NCBI GenBank assembly: GCA_965195285.1
Contig: CBDAFS010000039.1
Coordinates: 17,022-81,021, forward strand
DNA: 64,000 nt
From: an uncultured Aminicenantes bacterium
GTDB taxonomy: Bacteria; Acidobacteriota; Aminicenantia; UBA2199
Direction of reading: 5' to 3'
The position numbers were made by a program, and so were the translations under genes. Positions 9,796 to 22,395 of this stretch are shown here, piece by piece (positions within the stretch are counted from its first letter, which is position 1; each line of letters begins with the position of its first letter). The notes beneath the pieces were generated by a model. It ran no database searches. It was not told where the DNA came from and saw only the letters and a program-made list of their open reading frames with translations.

Positions 9796-11055
9796 TCACT
9801 TAACCCAGAGTGTATTTTCAAAAACACCCTCCAATTGTTGATTCAGAATGTGTTGATTGAATTCCTTTTCCACAAAGGCCCGGCCATTATGTCCCATTTT
9901 CGTCCAGATCCGGTGGTGGCTGATCAGATACTCTATCCTTTCGGACAGGGCACTGACATCCTTTTCAGGAATCAGATAACCTGACTCCCCATCCAGCACT
10001 CCTTCGGGTATGCCGCTGTGAAGCGTGGAAATAACCGGCATTCCCATGGCCTGGGCTTCCATCAGTACTACCGGAATCCCCTCCTGATCACCACTTTCTG
10101 AGGTGATGCTGGGAAGGACAAAGATATGCGCTTGCAAGTACAATTCCAGGATTTCACTCTGATTGCACTCACCCAAAAAGTCTACCTGGGAATCAATTCC
10201 CAGCTGGCGGACCAGGTTTTCCAGCTTTTTTTTCAGCGGACCGTTTCCCGCAATAATATATTCTACATTTTGTGTTTTATGCAGGACTTTCGCTATGGCC
10301 CGAATGCTATATTCATGGCCTTTTTTTTCCACCAGCCGCCCAACGGTCAAGAGTTTTATTTTTTCTCCCGGTAATATCTTTTTCTGCTGAAATTCAAATC
10401 GGTTTACATCAATACCCATATGGTGAACCGTAATTCTATCCTCCTGGCAGCCCATTTGCATCAATTTACGTTTCCAGTGTTCACTGATAGGAAGGCATCG
10501 ATCGCAGATCCGGAATAAATCACGATAAATACCAGGACCGGAAATATGAACATATTCGGATAAATCATAACCGTGAAAAGTAGTTAAAAGCCGGACTCCG
10601 CCCCCCCCCTTCTTCAAACAGGCTCCGATCATCCCATTCTGACCGAAATGACAATGCAGTATATCAAAATTTTTTTTCAATACCGGAATATTATAAAAGA
10701 GCAATTTCAGGGAAAGGGCATCTTTTCCGTATCTGAAAATATTTAGGCAGCGTAATATTCTTAACGGGTTTTTAGAAAAATGAGATAAAAATAGAATAAA
10801 TCCCTTCAGGATCCGAAACAATTTGTTTGAGGGGATCCGGGGAAAATAAGTTGTTTTTTGTATCAGATTGTATTTGCCCACATCCGGATGTATTTTTTTT
10901 TCTCCTGGATTTTCCAAAGCAACAATTTCCACTTCATGGCCCGAAGAAATGAGAGCGGTTATTTGGTTTAATATGAAGGTTTCGGACAGACAGGGAAACC
11001 CGCCTACAATAAATGCGATCTTCATGGGGAATGATTTACTTTTTAAAAGTTTCAA
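9796..11055 (-). CDS. Glycosyltransferase family 4
   Basis: Motif GDQEGIPVVLMEAQAMGMPVISTLHSGIPE (GT4 signature). 419 aa. Contains a G9 tract encoding KKGGGG. Confidence 0.8.
   Translation of the reverse strand: MKLLKSKSFPMKIAFIVGGFPCLSETFILNQITALISSGHEVEIVALENPGEKKIHPDVGKYNLIQKTTYFPRIPSNKLFRILKGFILFLSHFSKNPLRILRCLNIFRYGKDALSLKLLFYNIPVLKKNFDILHCHFGQNGMIGACLKKGGGGVRLLTTFHGYDLSEYVHISGPGIYRDLFRICDRCLPISEHWKRKLMQMGCQEDRITVHHMGIDVNRFEFQQKKILPGEKIKLLTVGRLVEKKGHEYSIRAIAKVLHKTQNVEYIIAGNGPLKKKLENLVRQLGIDSQVDFLGECNQSEILELYLQAHIFVLPSITSESGDQEGIPVVLMEAQAMGMPVISTLHSGIPEGVLDGESGYLIPEKDVSALSERIEYLISHHRIWTKMGHNGRAFVEKEFNQHILNQQLEGVFENTLWVK
10601..10609. repeat. C9/G9 homopolymer tract inside the GT4 glycosyltransferase CDS; candidate phase-variation site
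   Basis: Direct read: ccg + ccccccccc + t at 10601-10609. Minus-strand codons are aag ggg ggg ggc. Confidence 0.6.
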
Positions 11056-12973
11056 AAATCAGTTGACGATCCTTAATGAACCTCGAATGCCAGAGCTCCA
11101 AATTAACAATTCTCCACAAAAACTCGGGGTTCTTCCGGGCCAGTACCGGGTAATCTCGGAGAATAGCCTGGTTATTCAGCCAGAGGGGATCCGCATCATT
11201 AATAATGCCGAATATGGTTTTCTTATTATCAATCAACCATTTTCCCAGAGGAAAGGGAAAGCCTCTCTTTCTTCTTCTCCACACAATGGACCGGGGTACA
11301 ATATCCTCGAAGGATTTGCGAAGAAACCACTTCAACCAGCCATTGCGGAAGAAATAACCGGGCGGAAGCGAAAAGACATAATCCACCACCCGGTAATCAA
11401 GAAAAGGATTCCTGACTTCAATGGGAATCCCCATATCACTTTTGTCACTTGAACTCATCCAGTAATACATCTTCAGGTCTTTCATGTTCTGGATATACAA
11501 TTGATTAATATCCTTGGGATATTCTAGAAACGGGATATACTCTTTTTCTGATTTAATATAGCGATCAAACTCCACTGGCTCTCTTCGATAATTCAAGATT
11601 TTACGGGCCAACAGCCTGGTTAAAGGGAAAAAACTGAGCGGGTATTTTTCCTTATAAAATAGAATGTTTTTGAAAAATGCAGAATAACTGCCCTTCTTCA
11701 ACAAGGCCCTCAGGGTGGGAATGGCATATTCCGTATATCCGGCAAAAACCTCATCGCCTCCTGCACCGCCAATGATCACCTTGTATCCCTGTTCGCGCAT
11801 TTTTTTCCTCAACAACTGACCGACCAAAAGAACAGGTCCATGAAAGGGTTCTTCAAGCAGGTATATGAAGTCATTCAGATATTCCCACAAATTCTCCTCT
11901 TCAAAATTAATCAAATGGTGGTTCACCTGTGGATACTGCTTAACCAGTTTCACGGCAAAATCTGATTCATCCACTTTCTTATTCTCATATTTGACTGAAA
12001 AAGCCGCAAAAGGAGCTGGATTTAGAGACGCTCGCAGGGCAACCAGGGAAGATGAATCCAATCCTCCGCTGAGCTCAAAAGCAACCGGAACATCTGCCCG
12101 CAGCCTTTCGGTCAAGGCAACTTTCATCAAATCTTTAAACTGCTCGGTTGATTGTTTAAAATCCACCTCGCTTTCATCCATTCTGTTATCCGGAAGTTCC
12201 CAATAATGACGGGAAGTCAATCTCCCGTCCGGCGTTACTTTCACTAAGGCGGCATTATCCATCATTAGAATTTCTCTCCAGAATGTGGAATGTCCGAAGT
12301 CCTTGATCCCGGAGATCAGATAGTTGTAAACGACTTCATCATCCAGATGGAGCTCAGATTTGTCCAGAATCGGTAACAGGGATTTTATTTCTGAAGCCCA
12401 CAATATCCTCTGACGGGAATGATAGACATAAAGTGGTTTTTTACCAATCCGGTCCCGGGAAAGTATCAGCAGGTTTTGATTCAAATCAAACAGGGAAAGG
12501 GCCCAGAATCCGCTGAGTTTCGAAAAACATTTCTCCCCCCAGTATTGATACGCTTCCAGAATAACTTCCGTATCCGACCTGGTCCTAAAGGTAATACCCT
12601 TTTGTTCCAATTCCTGCCGGAGTTCTATGTAATTAAAAATCTCACCGTTGAATACCAGGCAGGTTGTTTTCTGTCTGTTCCACATGGGTTGGTGACCGGA
12701 TGGCGAAATATCAATGATGGAGAACCGTTGGTGGGCCATGGCCAACTGATGAGAAAAATTTAAATTCACTTGGCCAACCGGGGCATACTTCTGCTTGATT
12801 TCCGGATGTGAGTGATTGGCAGACAGGTCCAGGCTATGCCCTTTGGTGGTATCAATCAACACATAGCCTTCATCATCCGGTCCCCTGTGGGCAATTTCCC
12901 TCGACATGCCCGCAATCATATCAGTACTCTTGATCTGATGTCGATAATTCCAGTATCCGGCAATTCCACACAT
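11036..12973 (-). CDS. Asparagine synthetase (glutamine-hydrolysing)-like amidotransferase
   Basis: N-terminal MCGIAGYW (class-II glutamine amidotransferase Cys2 nucleophile). PP-loop SGGLDSS. 645 aa. WbpS-like AsnB homologues are common in polysaccharide loci. Confidence 0.8.
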   Translation of the reverse strand: MCGIAGYWNYRHQIKSTDMIAGMSREIAHRGPDDEGYVLIDTTKGHSLDLSANHSHPEIKQKYAPVGQVNLNFSHQLAMAHQRFSIIDISPSGHQPMWNRQKTTCLVFNGEIFNYIELRQELEQKGITFRTRSDTEVILEAYQYWGEKCFSKLSGFWALSLFDLNQNLLILSRDRIGKKPLYVYHSRQRILWASEIKSLLPILDKSELHLDDEVVYNYLISGIKDFGHSTFWREILMMDNAALVKVTPDGRLTSRHYWELPDNRMDESEVDFKQSTEQFKDLMKVALTERLRADVPVAFELSGGLDSSSLVALRASLNPAPFAAFSVKYENKKVDESDFAVKLVKQYPQVNHHLINFEEENLWEYLNDFIYLLEEPFHGPVLLVGQLLRKKMREQGYKVIIGGAGGDEVFAGYTEYAIPTLRALLKKGSYSAFFKNILFYKEKYPLSFFPLTRLLARKILNYRREPVEFDRYIKSEKEYIPFLEYPKDINQLYIQNMKDLKMYYWMSSSDKSDMGIPIEVRNPFLDYRVVDYVFSLPPGYFFRNGWLKWFLRKSFEDIVPRSIVWRRRKRGFPFPLGKWLIDNKKTIFGIINDADPLWLNNQAILRDYPVLARKNPEFLWRIVNLELWHSRFIKDRQLIFETFKK

Positions 12974-13015
12974 GATTAATTGTCTAATTAAATAAGCTAT
13001 TCATCATTATCAAAA

Positions 13016-13966
13016 CTATATATCAATATTAAATAACTTCAACCACCTTCTTATGTATGAAGCGGTAAGCATTTTGGGCAATTTAGTCTTCTTAAACCGT
13101 GACGGAATAGGATTTGCATATAATTCCAATGATTCCCTTTTGATTATCTGCCTGATTTGTCTTAACAATTCCCGTGTTGTTCCTTTCTGAATTTCCTGAA
13201 AATAGAGAAAAGTAAGGTTTGCGCACATCATCTGATATCCGGAATAGTTCATTTTTTCAATAATGCAATTGTCACCTAATTCACAATTTAATTTCTTGTA
13301 GTAATCTATTGCACTGGCTATCATAAGAATACGATCCGCATTCATGCTTCTGCCATGAATCCGGTAAAAACCACCAATAAAAGGGAAATATTTAAAAGTC
13401 ACACCGGTTGCTGCTAAAATACTTAGCATGTACCTGTCTTCATTGGCTTTTAATTCAGCTTTAAATAAACCAAAATGTTTGAAAATATTTCTATTAAATA
13501 GTAATGAATGAATTGGAGTCGGATATGGTAACCAAAAATTATAATAATAAGGGAAAATATCATCAATTTTTCCAATATTCATAGACACAATCCTTTTAGA
13601 ATCATCAAATAGCCAATCAACCTCGCAATAGGTTATATCTGCATTCTGTTTTAGGGAAAATTCTATTTGCCTTGACAGTTTGTTTTTTTGTAAAAGATCA
13701 TCTGCATCAAGAAATTGAATATACTCACCTTTAGCAGCTTTAATTCCAGTATTTCTGGCTTCAGCAAGTCCGCAATTTTTCTGATTTATCAAACGAATCC
13801 TTTTGATGAACTTCTGGATAACAGGAAATGGATCATCAGTTGAACCGTCATTTACAACAATAATTTCAATATTGGAATAGGTTTGGTCTAAAACACTCTT
13901 TATTGCTTCTCCTATATATTTTCTCTGATTATACAGGGGAATAATAACACTTACTTTTGGTTTCAT
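13016..13966 (-). CDS. Glycosyltransferase family 2
   Basis: VSVIIPLYNQRKYIGEAIKSVLDQTY..IEIIVVNDGSTDD and a DAD-like motif (LDADD). GT-A fold. AT-rich gene. Confidence 0.8.
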   Translation of the reverse strand: MKPKVSVIIPLYNQRKYIGEAIKSVLDQTYSNIEIIVVNDGSTDDPFPVIQKFIKRIRLINQKNCGLAEARNTGIKAAKGEYIQFLDADDLLQKNKLSRQIEFSLKQNADITYCEVDWLFDDSKRIVSMNIGKIDDIFPYYYNFWLPYPTPIHSLLFNRNIFKHFGLFKAELKANEDRYMLSILAATGVTFKYFPFIGGFYRIHGRSMNADRILMIASAIDYYKKLNCELGDNCIIEKMNYSGYQMMCANLTFLYFQEIQKGTTRELLRQIRQIIKRESLELYANPIPSRFKKTKLPKMLTASYIRRWLKLFNIDI

Positions 13967-14057
13967 TTATGATATATCAATATCACTCAACAATTTCATT
14001 CATTCCTTAAATTAATAGACAATAACCAGAAATCATTTTAATTTTCGAGTAGTCTTA

Positions 14058-15117
14058 TCATTTATTGAGAGAAAATTTTGATCTTTTTAAAGCCTTCACA
14101 ATTTTATCAGTAAAAACTTTTAAAATATATTTTATTAGATTAATTTTTAATTCGATTGGCAATAAAAAAAAATCGGTTATCGATTTTTTAAACAGATTAT
14201 TCCTGAAATATAAATAAATATATTTATCTCGTTTATACTTTATGATATTTTTTATTTTTTTTTCTTTTAAACCAATTTTTTTTATCAAATTCGATTCTTT
14301 AGATAAGAGATTCTTATTAAATGTATCCAATAGAGTTAATATGTTTTTGAATATGTTAAAATTTTTTATATTCACATTGTCTAATTTCATATCCTTCAGA
14401 ACAGAATATTCATTGTTGGTGATTTTTTTGCCAATTATATCCTCAATTTTTTGTTTTGAAATTCTATTGGCTGAATTTATCTGCTGACATAAATATGTTG
14501 ACGACATATTAGATTTTGTTTCTCTCCAACTCACCAGCACTTTATTGATTTGAACTAATTTTGTTATTTTTGATAATCTTGTCCATAATTCATAATCCTG
14601 TGCTTTATCCATCCGCTCATCATACCCTCCGGAATTTATTACAATATCTTTACTGAAAAAAACCGTAGAATGTGCTATGCAATTCCCAAAATATAAAATA
14701 TAATACACTTCTTCCGGCGAAAATATTTTATCAAACCGTCCAACTCTTTTTCCGGCCACATCAATCACATCCGCCAAACTGAAAACAAATCCAATATCCT
14801 TATTGTTTTCTAAAAAATCATATTGCAATTTAAGTCGATCTTTCACAGAAATATCATCTGCATCCATTCGAACAATGTATTCACCTTTTGCCATCATTAA
14901 CCCTGTGTTTAATGATTTGGTTAAACCAATATTTCTCTCATTATTAATTATTTTAATTCTTAAGTCGCTGTAACTCTGCAATATTTCCGCAGTACTATCC
15001 GTAGAACCATCATTAATGATTATAAATTCGAAGTCTGTAAAAGTTTGCTCCAGGATACTATTAATGGCTTCTTTGAGAAAGCTCTCACAATTATAAACTG
15101 GCATTAAAACAGTAACT

Positions 15118-15146
<29 letters not shown>
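14058..15146 (-). CDS. Glycosyltransferase family 2
   Basis: VTVLMPVYNCESFLKEAINSILEQTFTDFEFIIINDGSTD and MDADD. 362 aa. Confidence 0.8.
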
Positions 15147-16985
<1,839 letters not shown>

Positions 16986-16986
<1 letters not shown>

Positions 16987-18833
16987 TAACTTTCCTTTTG
17001 TATAAGTTTTTTATCTTTTTTTCTTTTCTCCAAATACCATTCAAAAATTGGAGTATCAACTTGATTTATACTTCTATTAATATCACTATCACCACAAACA
17101 CCGTTAGGATACATACACTTACCTTTTTTTATATCTTCAAACAACTTTTGGGGAATATTTTCCCATATTTTATCAAAATTCTCTTTCTTTACATTACCCA
17201 TCTTCCGATCTTCACTTAATTTAAAATTACAGGGATAAACATCCCCGTTGGGAGCTAAATGGAAAAAAGTCTTACATGCATGGCATGGCATAATGCGTTT
17301 ATTTATTATTGAATCATAAAGATAACATGACTTAATATTTCCTTTATACTTTAAGAAATCTCCATGAACATCTTTAGTAAATTTAATTTTGTCAATACCA
17401 GTATAGCGTTCTAAAATAGGTATTAATTCAGAATTATTTTGAAAAACTAAATCTTCTTCTGTTGTACTAAAACGATCATTCATTACAGTCCAACATATAT
17501 GAACACCTAATCCTTTACTTTTGGCAAAATCTTGGACCCAATCGAAATACTCAACATTATCTCTAAGAAATGTAAAGCTAAAATCAACATTTGAAGAAAA
17601 TTCTTTCAATAATTCTGCCGTCCTTACAGTATTTTCAAAACTGCCATTTATACCCCTACTTTTATCATGTATTTTTTTAGGACCATTTAAACTTACACCA
17701 ATCAATGCCCATTTTAGATTGGGAGCAAGTGACTTTATTTTTTTAAAAAAATTATATGTCCTATCAGGATCATAGCCATTGGTCGTAATGCTAAACTTTG
17801 CTTTCTTTAATTTTTTATGAAGCGCTATCACTATTTCAGGAAAATCATTCCTCAATATTGGTTCTCCACCACTAAGAATCACTTCATTAACATCTTTTAA
17901 TAATTTATTATTTGTCAATTTATCTATATCATCAGAAGTAAGCTCCTCTTTTGGTAAGGTTTTATTCTTCCATATATTACAAGAAACGCATTTAAAATTA
18001 CACCGCCATGTCATTGTGTACCTAATACAAGTTATTGCGTCAAGCTTACTATCCTTAATTCTATCTTTTTGAAAAATTCTTTTTAATAACCTTTTTAATT
18101 TCTTCATTTTTGATACTATATTTTTCTGATTTTTTTTATTACCAATATCCTTTTCAAGAACACCCATCAAAATTGTGTGCCTGTTGTTCAGACAATCCTT
18201 TATCAGCACCTTTTCTCTCCAGTAAAAACCATATTTATTCATTAATTTTGAAATGCTAATAACATTAACTTTGTAGGGGTGCGCACTATCAGCATTTCTT
18301 TTCACTACCTTCCAAGAGGTGCCTGTATCCCCAATGTTTATCATAAACCACAATTCTCCGTCAGTTTTAAGAATATTAAAAATGGTATTGGTGGCAAGTT
18401 CGATATCTGAAACATGATCCAATACATTCCAACAGATAACAACATCAGCTTTAATATCAGTTTTATAGGTTTCTATTTCACTACAAATATATTTAACATT
18501 ATCATTAGAAAGATCCCACATTTTTTTATATTCATCTATAAGTGGATCTATTCCGATTGCAGTTGTATTGTTCAAATGGGAAATTACTGCGGTAGGTCCA
18601 CAACCAACCTCAATCACAACCTTATTTTTTAGGTCACTAATACTGCGATTTATATACATAAGACAGTATTTTCTGAAATAAATATTTGCAATTCTCCATT
18701 CATCAGGAGAGAATCCCTTCCATTCATTTTCCCTTATATTTGACCAAAAATCTAATTCTTCGATTTGTTTGGGTTTTAAACTACTTACATCCAATTCATC
18801 TCTAATTGTTTTTTGTTGCGATTTCTTCAGCAT
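16986..18833 (-). CDS. Methyltransferase / radical SAM (SPASM-type) fusion protein
   Basis: N-terminal VVIEVGCGPTAVISHL (SAM MTase fold). Then RCNFKCVSCNIW (CxxxCxxC radical-SAM cluster) and ILSGGEPIL. C-terminal Cys-rich SPASM-like segments (CHACKTFFHLAPNGDVYPCNF; KCMYPNGVCGD). 615 aa. Confidence 0.7.
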
Positions 18834-18868
18834 ACTTACCTCTTATTATTTTTTTGCTATCACAATAA

Positions 18869-20059
18869 TTATTTTACCTCATATAAAACCTTTAAAAAAT
18901 TTTTCCCTCTTGAATGGTCAATCCCTTTAAATTCTACAGGAATTCTCCACCAAAATAAATATCCAACTCTATTTTTGGACCATATTGCAATAATTATTTT
19001 CGTCATAGAATTATTGATTTGAATATTTTTTATTTCTATTTTTAAAGTATGTTTGCCTTTTTCTAAATTTATTTTTTTATTATATGCTTTATTAGTTGCC
19101 AGAAAATAAAGTGATCTCTCATTCCCACTGTAAATCCCAGTATCAATGTCTACATCCTCATAATCTATCCGAGATTTATATTTCATAGATATCGAAAAGG
19201 AATCGCCAGGGTATAATATTCTCTTGTCTATTTCGACATCAAAAAAGTTAATTTTTTCATTACCGCTACAAATTTTTTCTATACCTAAATCCCCTTTGCT
19301 AATAAATAAATTAGTATATTCCTTAATACCGTCTTCAACACGGTTAAAATATTTAGCCTTGCCATTGTTAAAAAAAATAACCTTTTCTGTAAAAGTTGAA
19401 ATTATGTGCATATTATGGGAGACTAATATAGCTGTTGTTCCATTTTTTTTGAGTTCGCCGATTTTATTGAAACATTTAATTTGAAACCCTTCATCCCCCA
19501 CCGCCAGCACCTCATCCACCAGCAGTATGTCTGGCTTGCAATGCACAGCCACAGCAAACCCCAGCCTCACAAACATCCCGCTTGAGTAAAACTTCACAGG
19601 CGTATCCAGAAAACCACCAATATCTGCGAACTCAACAATATCATCAAATTTTTTGTCCACCTCTTTTTTTGTCATTCCAAGAATTGCAGCATTTACATAA
19701 ATATTCTCTCTTCCAGTTAGCATGGGATGAAAACCAGCTCCTACTTCTATTAAAGCACCAACTCTTCCCTTAATGGTAATTTTGCCCTTGTCAGGCCAGA
19801 AAATTCCATTCAACATTTTTAACAGAGTTGTTTTACCGGAACCGTTCGGGCCAATAATCCCAAGCACTTCCCCCTTTTTTAATTCAAAAGAGACCTTTTT
19901 AACTGCCCAGAACTCATTTTTCCTTAAACTCTCGGGATGAGAACTCAAGCCTAAAATGTTCCTACCTATATCGGCTATGCCGTAAAGCATAGATCGTTTT
20001 AACGATTTACAATATTTTTTTGCCACATTCTCAACATTTACAGCCAAAATGTTATTCAT
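18869..20059 (-). CDS. wzt: Polysaccharide ABC exporter ATP-binding protein (Wzt/KpsT/TagH-like) with extended C-terminal putative carbohydrate-binding domain
   Basis: Walker A GIIGPNGSGKTT. Signature YSSGMFVRLGFAVA. Walker B ILLVDEVLAVGD. An extra ~150-aa C-terminal domain as in Wzt proteins. Confidence 0.8.
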   Translation of the reverse strand: MNNILAVNVENVAKKYCKSLKRSMLYGIADIGRNILGLSSHPESLRKNEFWAVKKVSFELKKGEVLGIIGPNGSGKTTLLKMLNGIFWPDKGKITIKGRVGALIEVGAGFHPMLTGRENIYVNAAILGMTKKEVDKKFDDIVEFADIGGFLDTPVKFYSSGMFVRLGFAVAVHCKPDILLVDEVLAVGDEGFQIKCFNKIGELKKNGTTAILVSHNMHIISTFTEKVIFFNNGKAKYFNRVEDGIKEYTNLFISKGDLGIEKICSGNEKINFFDVEIDKRILYPGDSFSISMKYKSRIDYEDVDIDTGIYSGNERSLYFLATNKAYNKKINLEKGKHTLKIEIKNIQINNSMTKIIIAIWSKNRVGYLFWWRIPVEFKGIDHSRGKNFLKVLYEVK

Positions 20060-20060
20060 C

Positions 20061-20909
20061 TTAAATTCTCTCTGCTACCCTGGTTTCGGTCAGGTGAAAA
20101 ACAAATAAGCAAAAAATAAAAACAAAAAAAGAAATAATAACGGAAACCCAAAAACCTGGCCATTCCTTCGAGTATCCGGTTAATATAAGATCCCTTGGCA
20201 CTGAAACAAGATAAAATAATGGATTATATTTTGTTATTTGAGCCAGAATCCCGGTGGTTGGCTTTGGATATAAGATGGGTGTTAAAAACATAAAAAACGT
20301 CATTAATATTGAAATAATATTTCCAATATCTCTCAAAATACCATTCAAAATTGATAGAATAAAACCAAGGCCAAGGGTTAAGATAAAGACTGGGAGTATA
20401 AGAATCGGAAATAAACATATGGCTGCATGTGGGGAATAACCATAAAATAAAAAAAGAATTCCTGCCAGAACAAATTGAATAAGGAAAGATACCAGTGATT
20501 GACCTATTGAAGCAATTACCAGTGATTTTTTTGAAAAGTTTATTTTTACAATCATCGATCCGGCCTTCACCAATGAATTTGAACCTGCAATAAGTCCTGA
20601 GGCAAACACCTGCCATATAGCAATTCCTAACACCGCAAAAATAGGATAGGGTACATCAATTTTCCCAAGGTTGAATATACCAGACCGATTAAGCATAATA
20701 AAAGTTCCTACACTAATAAGAGGAATTACAAAAGCCCATAAAACCCCGATAAATGATTGTTTATATATGCCCAGGAAATCTCTTTTAAAAAGTTGATAGA
20801 TTAACCAACGGCTTAGTTTTATTTCAGAAACAATCTCTTTAAAAATACAAAAATACCCATTCTTTAAAATATTGTCAGGTTCATATGTCTTTAATTTATT
20901 ATTATTCAT
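20061..20909 (-). CDS. wzm: ABC-2 type polysaccharide exporter permease (Wzm-like)
   Basis: 282 aa, 6 predicted TM segments. Immediately upstream of the Wzt NBD gene. Confidence 0.75.
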   Translation of the reverse strand: MNNNKLKTYEPDNILKNGYFCIFKEIVSEIKLSRWLIYQLFKRDFLGIYKQSFIGVLWAFVIPLISVGTFIMLNRSGIFNLGKIDVPYPIFAVLGIAIWQVFASGLIAGSNSLVKAGSMIVKINFSKKSLVIASIGQSLVSFLIQFVLAGILFLFYGYSPHAAICLFPILILPVFILTLGLGFILSILNGILRDIGNIISILMTFFMFLTPILYPKPTTGILAQITKYNPLFYLVSVPRDLILTGYSKEWPGFWVSVIISFFVFIFCLFVFHLTETRVAERI

Positions 20910-20965
20910 TAAATTTTAAACTTAGCTTTATATAAATACAGGTTTGTAAAAAAAATATAATCATT

Positions 20966-21916
20966 TTATTTTACTCTACTTTTTAACATAAAAAAATCAA
21001 CTAGATTTGTTATTGCACACTGTCCCATTGCCTCTATGGCTTCTTCAGTATGCCCTCCTATATGAGGAGTACAAATAAGATTTTCTGATTCCAAAAACTC
21101 TTTGTCTTCTGGAGGTTCCATTTCATAAACATCAATGGCTGAGCCAGCAATAATTCCATTTTTTAAAGCCCATTTTAAATCATCCTGTATTACAATTTCT
21201 CCTCGAGCAGTATTTATTAAAAAAGCCGATTTTTTCATTGTTTTCAACATGTTTTTATTAACCATATTTCTAGTTAGCTCTGTCAAGGGAGTATGTATTG
21301 TCACTATATCAGCTCTACTAAATATCTGTTCTTTAGAATATTCAATTAATCCTTTCTCTTTGTAATAATTATCTTGGTTTATGATATCATTCACTAATAT
21401 TTTGCATTTAAAATATTTTAATAACTCCACAATATCCTTCCCAATATTGCCAACCCCAATAATTCCGATTGTTTTCCCGGTCAACTCGTGACCACCCTTC
21501 CGGTTCCACCGCCCTTCTCTGAGCTCATCCGATGCCTGATAAAAATCTCTCATGAGGCAAATCATGAATCCCAGGGTAAGCTCGGCAACTGACCTCCGGT
21601 TAACACCCTTGGAAAACAAAACATCTACTCCATAATCTCGACAGGCCCGAAAATCAATATTATCCAGTCCGACTCCGTATTTTGATAAGACTTTTATTTT
21701 AGAAGAATTCCGTAATATATTTTCATCTATTCTCTCACGTCCAATGATTGAACCATCCAAATCCTGTAAAAAATCGATTAAATCATTTTTATCCAGCGGG
21801 TATTTGGTTTTATTTAATCTGATCTCGGCAAAATCATGTTTTTCAATTGCTTTTACCAGAAATGGATTCTGGGTAAAAGCAAAAGGTGTGATCCCAATTC
21901 TAATTTTATTTATCAT
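20966..21916 (-). CDS. D-isomer-specific 2-hydroxyacid dehydrogenase family protein
   Basis: NAD-binding GIIGVGNIGKDI. Catalytic-region motifs (NTARG, HIGG). 316 aa. AT-rich. Confidence 0.75.
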   Translation of the reverse strand: MINKIRIGITPFAFTQNPFLVKAIEKHDFAEIRLNKTKYPLDKNDLIDFLQDLDGSIIGRERIDENILRNSSKIKVLSKYGVGLDNIDFRACRDYGVDVLFSKGVNRRSVAELTLGFMICLMRDFYQASDELREGRWNRKGGHELTGKTIGIIGVGNIGKDIVELLKYFKCKILVNDIINQDNYYKEKGLIEYSKEQIFSRADIVTIHTPLTELTRNMVNKNMLKTMKKSAFLINTARGEIVIQDDLKWALKNGIIAGSAIDVYEMEPPEDKEFLESENLICTPHIGGHTEEAIEAMGQCAITNLVDFFMLKSRVK

Positions 21917-22056
21917 TTAAACAATAAGCTACCGCCGCTGATAGTTTGCATACCTACAAATAATATCACGATAGCATCAATAATAAATCACTTTCAATAT
22001 AGCATATCTGGTTTTTTTTTCAAGAGACTGGTTCAGTGGGAAACAGGCTCGGCAGG

Positions 22057-22395
22057 CTATTTCTTCCCACCCTTCTCCTTTTGATTCTTTTTATCCTTTA
22101 CAATAACCACGACCTTCTCGTTTTTCTTCATCAACCACAATTTTTCCCTGGCTTTCTTCTCAAGTGCCAGGGGATTATTTTTTAGTTCCCGGATCTCCTG
22201 CTCCAACTGTACTTTTTCCTGCTCAAGCCCTTCGATTTTTTCCTCTAAATCTTTTATTTTGGTCTGAGTAGTAATGATCTCAATAATGCCCCCCTCGCCG
22301 AAAAAAAAAGTGAGAATAATGATTAATATAAGCAGGGCAATCAGCATTAAAAATCCTTTTGAAGTTAAAAATTTCCTTGTCTTGTTTTTATTCAA
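22057..22395 (-). CDS. Septum formation initiator family protein (FtsB/DivIC-like)
   Basis: 112 aa: N-terminal TM, a coiled-coil, then ALEKKAREKLWLMKKNEKVV, which resembles the FtsB C-terminal motif. Confidence 0.55.
   Translation of the reverse strand: MNKNKTRKFLTSKGFLMLIALLILIIILTFFFGEGGIIEIITTQTKIKDLEEKIEGLEQEKVQLEQEIRELKNNPLALEKKAREKLWLMKKNEKVVVIVKDKKNQKEKGGKK

Noticed and set aside
14255-14264. T10/A9 homopolymers in AT-rich genes and intergenic regions (e.g. 14255-14264, 22010-22018, 29171-29179)
   Set aside because: Expected at high frequency in ~30% GC sequence, so they were not treated as phase-variation tracts, unlike the G/C runs.
20966-21916. 2-hydroxyacid dehydrogenase as part of the glycan pathway versus a duplicate serA
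   Set aside because: It cannot be decided from sequence. Annotated generically, with the paralogue at 48822-49733 noted.
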